Below are positions 13,057-28,000 of a DNA stretch of 64,000 bases, piece by piece. Numbering within the stretch: position 1 is the first letter of the stretch; each line of letters starts with the position of its first letter. A program made the translations under genes and the position numbers. Source of the DNA: Lingula anatina (taxonomy: Eukaryota; Animalia; Brachiopoda); the NCBI GenBank assembly GCA_051362555.1, contig CM120640.1, positions 45,920,788 to 45,984,787 of the forward strand, read 5' to 3'. Below the pieces are notes generated by a model, which was given only the letters and a program-made list of their open reading frames with translations, was not told the DNA's origin and did no database searches.

Positions 13057-16000
13057 CTCCAACTTGAGAATTCTTTGCTCTACTTCTGTGGGCATAATAT
13101 CAGTCTTTTCCCCCCTTTTCTAAGGAGAGGAGATATTGTTTCCATTTATCTATGTGTACTTTTAATTATTATTATTATTATTATTATTTTTTTTTTTTTT
13201 GACATTGTGTTCCATGTGATGTCAATATTGTTTTACTTTAATCCAGGCATCTGATAAATATAAGATGTCTAAGCGGGCATCCCATCCTCCACATATCTAT
13301 GCAGTGGCTGATGCCACATATCAAGCCATGATGGGTCATAGTGGAAATGACCCAAACAACCAGTGTATACTTATCAGGTAACTTAAAATGAATGTCATTT
13401 TTTTCTCTTTTACACCTTTTTAGTTCACTAGTTTAAAAGCTATTGATTTGGAGAAACTTTTATAGTAAATGATTGTATAACAGTTTATTTTTTTACTGAT
13501 TCAGTATATATTTTTAATTTTTTAATGTTACAGTATTTATTCATTGGAATTTCAGATTTAAACACAATCTTTGAAAAATATGTACAGTCTTATGTCAGAA
13601 AAAAAAAATGAATATATCTATAAAATCATGCATTGAACACATACTTTAGATAAATCAGTATTTAGATGTATGTATTGATTTGTAAATTCTGCATGTATTA
13701 ACTGTGTATTTAGGTAATTAATGTTTTTATTGTAGTGGAGAATCAGGTGCAGGAAAAACTGAGAGCACCAAGTTAATCATTAGGCAGCTTATTGAGTTGT
13801 GCAAAGGCAACACACAACTGGAACAACAGATATTGCAGGTGAGAATGGTTGAAAGGCAAAGGGGAAGAACTGTTGGGACAAAATACCTCATCAAACTGAT
13901 TTGATAACCTTTTCAAAAACTCCCATGGCCCTATAGGCCAAATTCATATTTTTCATGCAAAACCCGCATCTGAATGTATTTGCTCGATTGGGTTTCAATT
14001 TTGTTTGTCCTGAACAAGATTCAGCTATTCTCTGGCCATTGTGAGCTTTTATGTGTGATCTCATATTTTGATGTTTTATTTGTCAGGTAATGAAGACAGC
14101 TATTTTTTTAAATATTATATTACATAAGTAATGTGAAGGTTATTGACAGACAATAAAACTCTTTCTTAAATGATGCAGATAATCACCCCCTGTCTTAAAG
14201 GAGTAATTGGAACATGTCAAATGAGTTTAAATGAAGAGATAACATGATTTCAGTGGGTAAATAAAATACAGTTATCATAAATTGCAGTTTGAAAAATATG
14301 ACTTTCCAATGATAAAATGTGACTTTTTGTTCATTTTAAGAAAATCTCTTTTCTTCATTGCATTCTGTTAAGCCTAAAGTAATATATTATATAATATTTC
14401 CATTAGTAAACATATTTATATAGGTGAATCCTCTGCTTGAGGCATTTGGTAATGCCATGACATTGATGAATGACAACTCCAGTAGGTTTGGAAAGTACAT
14501 ACAGCTAAAATTTAAACATGGAAATGGTAAGCTGATTTTACAGCTATTCATTTGTAAGCCTTTTTTAGGTATGTGGCTTTGTATGGCTCAATTGCCACTG
14601 TTTTTCTACTGCTTTCTGCTCGAATGAAGGGTTTTCTTTTTGCTTCTCATACATTTGTATGTATTTTTAAATACAATCCTGGACCCACAAGTAAAAAAAA
14701 TTGAGATAATTGGCCTGTATCATCACAGAGTCAGAATAATGTGAATGCTTAGTACATTTAATGTTATATATACTAAGTAACCTTTCACTGAACATGTAAA
14801 CAATGAAAAACAATTGAAAACTGGAAAACAGACTTACTTCTACTAATATCAGGATGTACAACTATTTATTCTTAAATTTCAGTCATGGGGGCCAAAATTT
14901 CAGAATACTTGCTAGAAAAATCACGCCTGGTCAGACAGAGCAGAGGAGAGGAAAACTTTCACATCTTTTACTACATGCTTGCTGGGCTGTCACAAGAACA
15001 GAAGCAGAAATACAGTCTTGGTCCAGCAGATAATTATAGGTGAGTATTAAAATTCTCCCAGATATACTGAATACGGTTTCTTATTTTTTGACAAAGTTTG
15101 GAGTCATTCATTTATTTTATTTTTTTATTTTTTTTGTTTATGATACAGATACCTATCCAATGGGGCTCCGTGCCTGAAGAAGCATGCCGAAAGACTAAGC
15201 ATGGCCTATGAAGAGGTGGTGAACCACATGGACCTGGTTGGGTTCAATGCAGATGTAAGTATAGATTTGAGTCATGTGAAACTCTTCATTATGTCACCCT
15301 CTTTCTCTACATCATCCATAACACAGGTATTTCCACACCATGCTAAAAATGAATTGTTGGAAGGTTTGGGTAAGAAAAAAATATATTAATGATGAGGTAA
15401 TTTTTGTGAAAATTCCTCAGCTGGATATATTAAATATCAGTTACTGTGCCATATTTTACATTTTTATTTATAATAATTAGGTTTTAGGCTATTGTGAAAA
15501 TTATGTGTGTGCTGCATTGATATAACTGTTATTGTTTATGAAGTGTAATTTCCAAATGATGCGTAGATCAGAAATGACACAATAAAAATACCAATACTTG
15601 TTTTTTGTTGCACTTTATTTTATTTGTTGTTAAAGACAGATTTTATATTTCATTGTTTTAAAGTTCCTAAACTCTCAATCCATTATTGAAATATACTTGC
15701 AACAAGTATTCTTACAAGTTTTGAATTGCATTAGAATTGTATATTAAAATTATTACTTAGAAATAAAATTAGAAAGTGTATCATTCATTTTCTCTTTTAC
15801 ATGTTTATGGATTTCAGGAACAAGAAGACTTGTTTGTGATTTTATCAGGTGTCCTGAACCTTGGAAATGTAACATTTGAAATGAATGACCATGAGGCAGC
15901 TTTTGTCACTGATAAAACCAAAGTCCAGGCAGCAGCAGTAAGTGTGCTGAAATGGAATGGAAACTTTCCTATCTCCTAATGGAGGGTTTAGTCCTTATAT

Positions 16001-19000
16001 TATCTTCATGAAATGTGAAATGGAGTTTAGACAATTGCTATGTTTTGTATAAAATGTTCAGAATTAGAAGAAATTCAGTTGAAGAATTTTATCATTTTCT
16101 ATTCCCTTTTTCTTACTATTTTCAGAACTTTGCAATCTTTTCATTTAAAGATGTTTGTTAAATTCAATAACATTATAAAAAAACTTTGTTAAAACACTTC
16201 AGAGCATCAACATTAATCATTTAACACTTGTTAACTTTTCAAATGTAGACAAGTTTTGAATGCAAGTCATGACTTCCAAAGTTTGGTTGTTAAGAATTTG
16301 ATAGTGGACTCTTGTATTAAAGATTAAAACTGATAGATACAATATAATGGTTTTCACCTTTTTTTATTTTCTTGCATTAGAGCCTGCTTGGTGTGGAAGC
16401 AAAAGATTTGGAAGAAGTGCTGACCTTCACAGAGACCTTTGCAAGAGGAGAGTCCATCAGGAGAAATTATACAACAGAACAAGCAGAGGGTAAGACTTTT
16501 ATTTAAATATATACTTTGAACTTGACACATTTTTTTACATTTTGTACCCAAGTTGTCATAGGCTTATTACGTATAACATTTTTCAAGTGGGAAATTATAT
16601 ATAACTTGGGTCATAGTACAATTTTGGTTCACGCAAATCATGATTTTTGCTTTCATCGAATAGTTAAAAAAACAGTGTCCAATTCAAAATTTTGATTCAA
16701 AATAATGAAAAATTTCAGAAAAGCTCAAAATAAGTTTCATTTTTTTCTGCCAGTTTAGCTATTTGCCAAAGCTTTTATAGGTTAGTTTGAGCCCACAAAA
16801 TAGAGAAGGACCATGCCACATGATAGTTAACTTTAAGTAAAATTGCACAGTTGGACTATGGCAACTGATTAATAATAAACTTCAGCTATGATTGCTGTTC
16901 TTCTATAGAGACTTCAGGTCAATATGAAGGATTGTGTTTCAGACTCTAGAGATGCCACAGCTAAAGCAATTTATGGCAGAATGTTTGGGTGGATTGTGAA
17001 TAAAATCAACCAGCTGCTGGCTCCAAAAGAAATTCTAGGACCAGAGGCCATGGAAATAGGTAATTCCCTTAAAGTAATTTTTGATCATTGAATTAGACAC
17101 AGTCTTAAGATTTAGATCAAATGATATACCAGAGTAAGGGGAGTTTGAATGCATTTATTAATGAGTAATGGGAACATACTTAATTCTGTACCAAGGGCTA
17201 ATGCAAACAGTTGAATTCTTAAAGATTAAAAAAAAAACAAACAAACAAACAATGTTGTGACTGTATACCTTTTATCACTCATGCCACTATTAGTGTACTG
17301 CATGTGTGGAGAATATTTACCATTTCTGTTTACATTTAGATATTCTGGATATCTTTGGCTTTGAGCACTTTGAAAGGAACAGCTTTGAGCAAGCTTGTAT
17401 TAATTTGGCCAATGAGCAGCTGCATTTCTTTTTTAACAAGGTAACATGATCAGAGTTCTTGAACAAGCATGGAATTGTGTGTCACAATTTCAGTGAATAT
17501 TATATAAATGAATGAATTAATTAAAGTAAAGAACATACATAGTGCACAATTACATTAATATACAAGTTTTGCAAATATCATGATTAGTCTTTATTATTTA
17601 ATTTGTCTTTTCTTCTGTTTTACAGCACATATTTTTTATGGAACAAGAAGAATACAAGAGAGAAGGTGTGGACTGGACAGAGATCAAATTTGTGGACAAT
17701 CAACCTTTGCTGGTTAGTGTTGTAAATAAGACTTTTTATACTAAAACTTGACCTTGGTTAACCACCACAACCCATCTATCCCCTTTCAATAAATGTAGAA
17801 AAAGTATAAAATGAAGAACTGTTTAATTTTTTTGTACAGAGTTCAACATTATCGAAAGACTTGGTACATACATTTATTCAGGCCAATAATCAGTCTTCCA
17901 ATAAACACATTGCATTTTTAAATTGCCATTTTTGTTAGAAAATGCAACTTTGAATAACCTATTCCTTTATCATTTAGGATCTGTTTATAGCCAAGCCCAT
18001 TGGTCTGATAGCTCTACTGGATGAGGAGAGCCAGTTTCCAAAGGTTTGTGATTCTGCCCACACTAGTAGAATAGGTTCTTAATTAGATATTGTTACTGAT
18101 ATTTTTCAAATAAGATAAAATGAAGAAAAAATATGTGGTTGATTTTCAGAGCAATGTAACTTTTTTCAGGTATGTGGAAATTTCAATTCAAGATAATTAT
18201 AGCACGCAAGGACTACATAGGTGTATTAAAAGTCAAAGAAAAGGCATGTGTTTTTCACTGGATCTTGGTTTATTCACATGGATTCACAAGACACGTAAAA
18301 ACTAAAAAGAAGAAAAGAAAAAGGAAATTACAACAATGTTCTTACTAACGGTTATTTACGTGTTCAAATTTGCTTACTCAAAAAACTTGTACATCTCAAT
18401 AATCACCAATAATAAATAACTAATCATCAATAATCAATAAACAGTATTAAACTCACCATTTCTGCCATTCCTTTAAACTATAAATTTTAAGTAGAAATAA
18501 CAGATTCAAAAGTAAGAGTACTATGTGTTCCTCCTACGGAGACACTGTGATGAATGAAATAAAGTGCAAAACTCATGGGGCGCCACCCTGAATGAAAAGA
18601 TGTCAATTATGCAAATGAGTGCATTAGATGAGCCGGACACCAAGCTCCTCAATCACAACAAAAGTAAACTAAACCTTACAATAATATAATGTGCTGTTTA
18701 TTCAATTTTTAAATCATTTTCTGTAGCTTAGAAATTTGAAGGGCTGATGAAAATGACATTCAGTTTGTTGGTTAGTCATCTTAATGAAACCATTTGTTTA
18801 CTATAGGCAACAGATTCCACATTTGTGCAGAAATTGAACAAGAACCTGCAGGGCAACAAATATTTCATTAAGTCACCAAATGCAAAGTCAGACCTGTTCA
18901 CCATTGCACACTATGCAGGAAAGGTAGGTCATATGAGAGTCAGTTCTTTATGAAAATGCTATTATACTGAAGCATTGGTAATTTATCATTCTGACACAGT

Positions 19001-22000
19001 ATATTTTAGCCAAATGCTATTCTTATTTGACTTGGAAAAATATTTACTATTTACCCTTTTCACCATATAGATTATATTATTTAGTTTTGAATTTTAAAAA
19101 TGCAAAAATTGTGTAGTCATTTGGCTTAAATGAACCATATCAAAGGGTATGTCCAGTTAATTTTGATACTATTCTGTCTCAGGTGGAGTACAGTGCTAGT
19201 AGGTGGTTAGAAAAGAACAGAGATACCATACCAGCTGGTGTACTGGAGTTATTACAGCGGAGCAAAAACCACTTACTGCAGCTGGTTTTCAAAGGTGGGA
19301 ACATCGACAGTTTAAAAGCATAATTCAGTTATGTTTATCAACTTTGTATATGTATAATACAAAGTGATTTCAAGGAAAGTGTAAGGTTTTCACTGCTTGT
19401 ATATAGAGAACCTACTGTTTTACACAATAAAGCACCTGGCAACAGTCAGTGTTTGTCTTTCTTTGTAAGGTGTAATTTATATCATACTTTTGTTAAGGTT
19501 TGATAAAAAAAGAAAGAAAAGAAAAATAAAATTCAGTTATTGCAATTTTTTCTACAGCTGCCTTCACAAGAACTGGAACCTTAGCTTTACAAAACAGAAG
19601 TTCAAAAAAACGTACAACTAGACTGAAAAAGGTAAAACAATCTTTCTGAGGATTATCTTAAGATCGAATTTTATTTTGAAGAGTGCTGTCAACTTGTACT
19701 CTATGTTCAGTGTACTGTGGTGCTATTCCAAGATTGAGGATGATTTTTAAGTATTGAGGATAAAATATTGTTGAATAAATACAGTGTTCATTTTTCCAGG
19801 GGACCCCAGATCCAGTAACTTCTAAAAGAAAACTGACAGTTGGAACACAGTTTAAGGTATCAAGTACAAATCACAAAGGGTTAATAAGACATTAGGAGTT
19901 AATTAGGTGCTTTTGTACTTCAATGGCTGTAATTTTTAAGAGTTTGATATTTTTGAGCAGATATGTAAATACTCTGACTCAACTGGTCTCTCCAGTCAGC
20001 TGGAATTAGTTATTGTTCTCCTGTAGAATGGTGACTGTCAACGAACATTCTTCAAGGCACAAGGGAATAGCTCTTAATATTGCCTCTAAACTACTATATA
20101 TGATATATAATGTGCATTGTACGATTTATAAAAGGATTTTGAAAACTTGGTTTTTCCACTTTCAGAGGTTTGAATCTAAATCAAGCAGTTAAAGTCAGAT
20201 CAATGCAGTAGTATTTAATATATCAATTCCAGAATTCTTTACAAGTGCTAATGGAGAGGATGAGTGTTGCCACTCCACATTTTGTACGCTGCATCAAACC
20301 GAACAATGACAAATTACCCAAAGCATTTGATGATGCATATGTTAATGCCCAGGTAATAAATGGTTTTGATATGTTTTCTAATATATATTTTTACAATGGC
20401 CAGCATATTCATCATGTATTGAATTTTTTTAACAAAATGATGTTCTGGAAACATAATTTTTTGTGCAGGTAGATCAAATAACTGCATATAACTTAATTGC
20501 ATACCATGGTGAAAATGGTTCCAGTTACATAATTGGCATATCTGTGAAAGTTTTGTGCAATTATTCATTTTTAATACTGAGCTTTGTATGTACTTTAAAT
20601 TGTCATCTACAGTAAAAAAGGTTCAGAAAAACTGAAGATCAAATTGACTAATAAAAGAATAAAGATTTTTTATAACATTTTAGTTTGCTTCAAGAAAAAT
20701 ATACAATGATATGAACACAGAGGCCTGATAAATGAACAGTTAAATTAGTGACCAGAAAGCTGTCAATGAAAAGTGCACTTAGTGAATCAGGTTTTCGGTT
20801 TCCTCAGTCAGGATTTCTCAAAGTTTTTACTTTACACGTATATAGTTGGCCTGCAAAGATAACTTTGACTATAAAGGTTTTGATGCAAATTGTTCTTCAT
20901 GTTCTTCAGCTTCTCTACACTGGAATGTTGGAGACCACAAAGATTAGGCGGGAGGGATATGCTTACAGACCTCTGTTCTCTGATTTCATAGAAAGGTTGG
21001 TTCATACAACAGCAAGAGATGTTATTAGTATGGTGTTTGGGTGCTCTTGTGTTGGGAATTACAAACCTTACAAATCTCTGATCTTGATGGCAGCCGTATA
21101 CTGGTAGTACCTAATCAGTATTGATAAGTATTATGCATTGTTGATTATAATTTTTTCATCTAGTATTTTTGTTTCTGATAACAATATGGCAAGTGAAGCA
21201 TTGTGCACATTAAAACAACATGAACCAAGTTTGCAGACCATGGAAGGTATTTTTAAGGCAGTCACATATTATGAAAAATAGCTCTGTATATTGGCATTTG
21301 GCTCTTTGTATTGGATCATACATGTATACCTGCATTTTAGATATGATATTTTGCTGAGACAACCTAGGAAGGATGATGACAAAGCTGCCTGTTTGCAGAT
21401 TCTACAAACAGCTGGATTAAATGGCTACCATCTTGGGTAAATAAAAAGATTTTCTGTTTGTGGAATTTATAAATAGATAAATACACTGTTGGCACTTAAT
21501 ATTATGTTTTTCACAGCATCATAGTTAAACAGTTTTCATTTATGCTGGATCCACATATTTGATTTACCTGTTGGCTGTTACATGTCTGATCACCTTGACA
21601 GACTTGGTCGCAACTGAATAACCTGTTCAGGAATATGTGGATCTGTCATAAGTGAAAACTGTTTCACTATCAATAATAGATCCAATGAAACTATTTTCAC
21701 AATTCAAATATCATGGTTTACTTCTGAGCATAGAACATACCAAGATTTCAAAAACAGGGATGCTCAACCAAAATGGACATAAAGGACTTAAAAAAACAAG
21801 CCCTTAAATTTCAATCTGCACTCCTCAAATCTGTGTTTGAAAATATTTTAATTGCATAGCTGCAAGAAACCACATAGTCTTTGAATACTGCCTCTAAGTT
21901 TATTTCATTCAGGTGGTATAGCCTCGGTAGAACCTGCAATGAAAAACTGCCAATTCAGGTTATCTCTCCAAAGCCACTAGAAAGCTCTGATTTTGGTCAT

Positions 22001-25000
22001 TGTTGTTGAATATTCTTGGCTGGTGATTTTTGATACACTGATCTATGAGGCTGTTCACAAATACTTGTAGGTTGTTTATGATGTGGAGTAATGATTTTAT
22101 TTTCTTTTTCAAGAAAAACGAAAGTATTTATGAAGCTGCACCACATTGAGTCACTTGCTGTCAAATTGGAAGAGATATCTTTAGTTGCAGTTGTGATACA
22201 GAAAGGTAAAATCTTAACCAAGTCAAACAATTAAATCTAGTGGTGGTTAGCCTATAATTAAAATTTTAGTTCGGCCAGAGAAAGGTTATAGTTTTCACAC
22301 AGTCCACAGGTGATAGGATGTTTCCTGATGTATTTTTTATTTTTTTTGAAAAATCACTGTGGACCCTGTATCAGAGGGAATCAAAAAAAAATTACTCAAT
22401 TTTAGTCATAAGAGGATTCCTGGGAAGGAGATATGTGAAGAAGAAGCAAGCTGAGGCTCTGCAACAAGCAGAAAGAGTCCAGCAACTTCTGCATGAGATT
22501 GAGAAGTTAGGAATTCAAGGTTACGAAGGGCAGCAGAAAATTGGAGAACCTCTTCCTGAAGGTATTATATGCTATGAAATAAGTTTTGAACAGGGGCTCC
22601 AGTTTAATACCTATAAAGTATTCAAATGTTTTAAGTGATAAATTTAGGTAAATTTTTATTTAAATATTTTTCTACTTCAATTAAGCTGTGTGCTTGTCAG
22701 TAAGTTATGTCTTTCCAACCCACTCTTTCTTTCCTCCTCAGTTTCTTTCTTTCTATTTTGAATATCTCTTTAAGTGCTTATTGGTCTATCTACTTGCCTT
22801 CTAAAATTGCATGCATCTGAAATGATTGTATTGTGTTATTGAAGGGTATTTTAATGAAGCTGTCTATGATGAGCCTGCAGGAGACTATGGTTTCCCTCCC
22901 CCACCACCTCCCTTGACAGAAGATCAGATAACAGATACAACAAATGAAGTATGTAAGCTGCAACAGAATCACACAGATGCTTGAATGTATGCACAAACAT
23001 GCAAACAAATATGTATGGTCTAATAATTCAATCAGATACGACTGATACACACATTCAATTTGTTGATTATTTTATTACTTGTTTCTGGCCTAAAATATAG
23101 TTGGTTGTTTATTGGTCATGCCCATTTTTGTAAGCATAGTTTTCATACACTTTCATAAGAATTGAGATTAGATGAAAAAATTTACGAGGTATGATTTGCT
23201 AACACTGTTGTGAGAGTAAGGAACAATTGATGAAACACAATTCACTTCCTATTCCATATTGAAGGAGACAGCTGGAACTGGCTCAGACACAGATGATGAG
23301 GTCCTGGAAGATGAGTTTGTTCCTGTGAAGACAACGGGAATGACCAAGTATGGCCCGGCAGGTACCAAGCAGGCCTCCATGAGGTGGTTTAGAGCCACTC
23401 AGTATGACAAGCTACGGCAGCCACATGGAGGGTTTGCTCCCTGGTTTCATGGGATTATCACGAGGAGGTATGAGACGCACTGCTTGTGTTATGAGGGCTC
23501 TACTACATTTAGGAGGAGTTCAGGAGTGGGCCTTAAAAAGTTGTTGGTTGTTATGTCACTTTTGTAGACATGCATCCTTAGATCTTTAGTTCCACCTACT
23601 TTATTGCACATTTTAGAGCTAGAAAAAGTTAAACCAAACCATTACTTTTGTTCATGTCATATGTTCTTCTGAACCAGTAATGCATGTGTTTATGTACCAC
23701 ACTCCTCACTGCATAAAGTAATGCAGCCAGTTTGATTCTTAGCCATCTGTAAACAACCTTTATCATTCTTGCTTTAAGTATTTTAGCAAAGTCTAATACT
23801 GTTACATTTTTTTTCAACTTTATACTATATATATATATTTTACAGGCAATCTGAAGAGCTCCTGAGGGGCAAGCAAATAGGTTGTTTCCTTGTCAGAGTT
23901 GGGGAAAGCAGATTTGGATATTCACTCTCATTCAAGTATGTTGTAAAATGTAGTCTACATAGATGTTCTTATAACAAAATGTGCTTATAACAAATGAATG
24001 ATTATACTTTTCATAGTAGTCCATCAATATGTCAATACATATTGTTATTACTTAGAATTCAAAAATAATTAATGTAAAAAGTTTTGTTTAACGATATTAG
24101 AACAAAAAACAGCAAGGAGAGGCCTTACTAGAGCTTCTGTTTTTGTACAGAAGAGTATTAGACAGGCATTCATCCATCAGTAGTAAGTTAAAAGTTTTGA
24201 TCATTTTCTTCTAGATCTGAAAACAGATGCCGCCATTATATGGTTGACCAGACAGCTAGTGGCAAATATGTTATAGTAGGAGAACCAAAAGTTCATAAGA
24301 CATTGAATGATTTGGTTGCATACCACCAGAAGGTAGATTATATTTCATTGTGTCTGAGAGGTTAGATAATTTGGAATTTTTTACTGCAACCTTTGCTGCA
24401 CTGTTATTTCACAAGTATAGCTCATACATAAGGCCTTTGTTATGAATAGTAGTTTGTGTACATTTATGCTTTAAGTATTTTGCTATATGTCATTGACTTG
24501 ACTTCTTGATTAAAGTCCTTTATATTAATAAAGCATATAAAATTAATATGTATGGTGAAAACTGAAGACATGTTGAATGTTCATTTTCAGCACTGTATCT
24601 CTAACTGGTCAGGGCTCCTTACAGTACCATGTGGTCAGGTAAGTGAAAGATACATCATAGATCATATAGGCCGTCCAGTGATACTGAAGGCCATCCAAAT
24701 GACAGCTGGATGGTTGGTTGCGAAAAGCCTTGTTCTAAATACTATGATCATTGAAGTTGATCGTTTTGAAGGACAAAGATTTAAGACCATTACAACTTTC
24801 ATTTAAGGCTATGATTGACAGGTGTTGTTTTATAGTCAAAGGTTTTTTAGGTAGTTTATTTTATTCATTGCAAAAACAATAGGTTGAAGTTCTTGTATAT
24901 GTTTTACCTGTTAATTTAATACATATTAATGCATGCAGCCCTGGGTCTTATTCTTTTGGGCCTTTTTTACTTTATTATTAGCAATAAACAGATCAGGCTG

Positions 25001-28000
25001 CTTTACCACTTAGAGATTGGAATTAACAACTAGGACTTGGCAGTTTTCCTTGAATTTCAGCCTCCGGGGATTAAATATATTAAAAAAGAATTCAAAATAA
25101 CTTCATTGTAGGCCCCAGGAGAGTGTGATTACCAGGAGTTGGTGGATCCAACAACAAATCATAGTTATGAGGGAATGTATTTTGAATTAGAGCCAGAGAA
25201 GGTGAGTTTTTTTATTTATTTTTTTTTTCTTCCTTTTTTCTATGAAGTAAGACCCATTCACAACACAGGCCCTCTTTTTCCTTTTGTGGGATTTTTCCCT
25301 ATTCATTTGGGGAAAAAAATTGCTGGTTTGTTCATGATAAAAGGGGAATATTACAGCAGAGGTTGGAGAGATGGAATTTCCTTGTTTTATGTTTGTTCAT
25401 TCACCTGTTTCCTCCATTCAGGGATATTGTCCTATGCTTTAAATTTGATACTTTGATTTTAGCAGTTTACGATAGCAGGTAGCTTTAGATCTTAGTTTTA
25501 TTTTATGAATTGTTCTTCTTTGAGAAATTTTTTTAGTATTGAATCACTGGGTTCCTAGTTACTAAAGCTTAAATAATATAAATCAATGATTTTCTTAATT
25601 TGTTTTTAAAACCACTAGTTTTAATATGATAAAAGCGCATGTTTTCTTTTTTCTGTTAACTTCATGCACATATATATTTTATGTATACACAGAAACATTA
25701 CCAGGTACAGTGTAGTACTTTAAGCATGCATATGCCATTACATTATCAGTATTAACCCATCAAAAGCAGTGGTTAGCATAGAAGCATGAAAAACAGATAG
25801 CATGATGTATTGTGTATGTTTTGCAGCCGGGTAGCAGTATTTATTCTGCTGCCAAAGACTTTCCTGCTAATCCAAATGTTCCTGAGCCCAAGGTTAACAT
25901 GTTCCAAGTAAGACAGTGTGTACAGCTTTTGACCAAGGCATACATTTCACATGGCTTCTTAATGCTACATAGTGCTTTCCTTTTCATGAATGGTCCATCT
26001 TAAAGTATTTTCCCCATAATCTGTATTTATCCTCCCTTGTAAACCTTTGTAATTTTTTTTGATTTATCAGTTATTAATGCTTAAGAATTGACATGAGGTT
26101 CACCTGCATTTTTCAAATATGAAAAATAAAGAAATGAAAAAGGTTTTATAGAGGGGGAAATATCTTGGAGGATGGAAATTACTATCGAACTGTGATATAA
26201 ACTATAAACTACAAGTATATGATTCCGTCTTATGCATATGTACCAGTCTGCTTGCATTTCACAATGGATGTCTTTTAGCTTTGACAGCTTTTAGGACTTA
26301 AAATACATAGAAGGCTTTATTAGCAATATGATTTGAATGTCTTTGCAAATACAAGGACTTGATGACATTCACTGAGTTATCTTCCTGCACAACAGCTCAC
26401 AATTAAGGTGCCAAACCAAGGCCAAGCTGACAACAGAATCTTTTGAACTTTCATGATTTTGTTGATTGCAATCACTGTAGTTTGTTTGGACTTGCTCTTG
26501 GACAGTATTGCTATTTACCAGATAGCTGGGAATTTTTCATGAATCAAAGTATTTAGGTATGTCAATATTAAATTTGGCAAGAGAAAAAATGAAATAATAT
26601 TTTACAATTTTCTTGGCCTTATTGGAGTATTTTTTTTTTAATTGGCTGAAATTTACTGTCAGAGAAAGCCCAACAAGTACTAGTAGTATATGACCAGACA
26701 TGACATGGATATCTTTTGAGTGGTAGTGTGTCTTAATTATTTTGAAAAGAGTATATATATATATATATATATATACAATATATACAATAAGCTTTACTGC
26801 TTGTTGTTAGTAGTATTAGCAACTAATCAGATTCTTGCAGTTTAATTCCCTACAAAGCATAATTTTATTTGATCTTTTTGCAAATAACAGACAAGAAGAA
26901 TGTACCATGGGAGAAAAAGGATGGAAAAGAGAGAAGTAGTTTAGCATGCATCATTCAGTTGTGACTGCCTCCTCAATGTTCACTGTTCAAATGAAGAATC
27001 TTCTGTGAACTTTCTAATATCAAAATGTGCTTATTGCATCAGTAACAATGCCAGTGTTTGCATCACTACAGTGCTCATTCTCACATAGTGACATACTCAT
27101 ATACTCTTATTCTGGAACTAGGAAAACGAAATGCATGATGCCTCTCTGAATGCATTCATGTGTATGTGTTTGCATGCTTGTCTTTCAAATTAGGAAATAC
27201 ACGACTGTGCAAATTTGTGTTATTTTTATCAGTTATCTATGTATGTGTTATCTATGTATGTATGTGATATGATTGTACTTTTTAATTTTTTTTAATTTAA
27301 AAAAGAGCATGAAAAACATTCATAGCTAATGTCAAAATCAAAGCAAATTTTTATTCTTCGCAGAAATGATATAATGATAATTCATGCAAAATCACATAAA
27401 TTTACTCTTGTATTTAGATTTCATTTGACAAAGAAAGAAAGTCAAAGGGAACTGCCAGATTGTTCAGTGATAGTTTTGATGTGATCACAGAAGTGGTATG
27501 TCATGGTCGGTGGACAGCATGCTAGTAGTTGCTATGTGACAATCTGAGGTTCAGAGCTTATTGGAACCTTACCTCTACAAATGCCACCCCCATCTCTAAT
27601 AACCCCTCTGCTGTTTACTACATAGAGGAAAGTAACTTTCACTATAAAATTCATGTTGCACAGCAGTGAGGAACCTAGAAAATATTAATTGCCACCTGTT
27701 GTTATAGTGTTGTGTGTATGTGTGTATGTCTGGGTTGTTTGAATGAACAGGCTGTGCATATGTATACTGGATCACTCCATGGGCGTAACTAGGCATACGC
27801 ACGGATGCACTGTGCGTACAATTTCTCGGCCAACCATGATATTATTTTATATAAATTTAGTGTATTTTTCACCGAATTTATATCGAAAATCCTCTGTGAA
27901 TTAAAGTCACCTGTATGTACAAATCCTCTGTATACGCACAATTGTTCTGACCCCCCGTCTTGCATACTTTTATTCAACTGAGATAAACAATGCCTGTTAC

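Noticed and set aside
18170-18220. AG...GT-bounded 51-nt segment in a myosin intron (possible extra motor exon)
   Set aside because: In-frame TAA and no myosin similarity; the flanking exons already join correctly.
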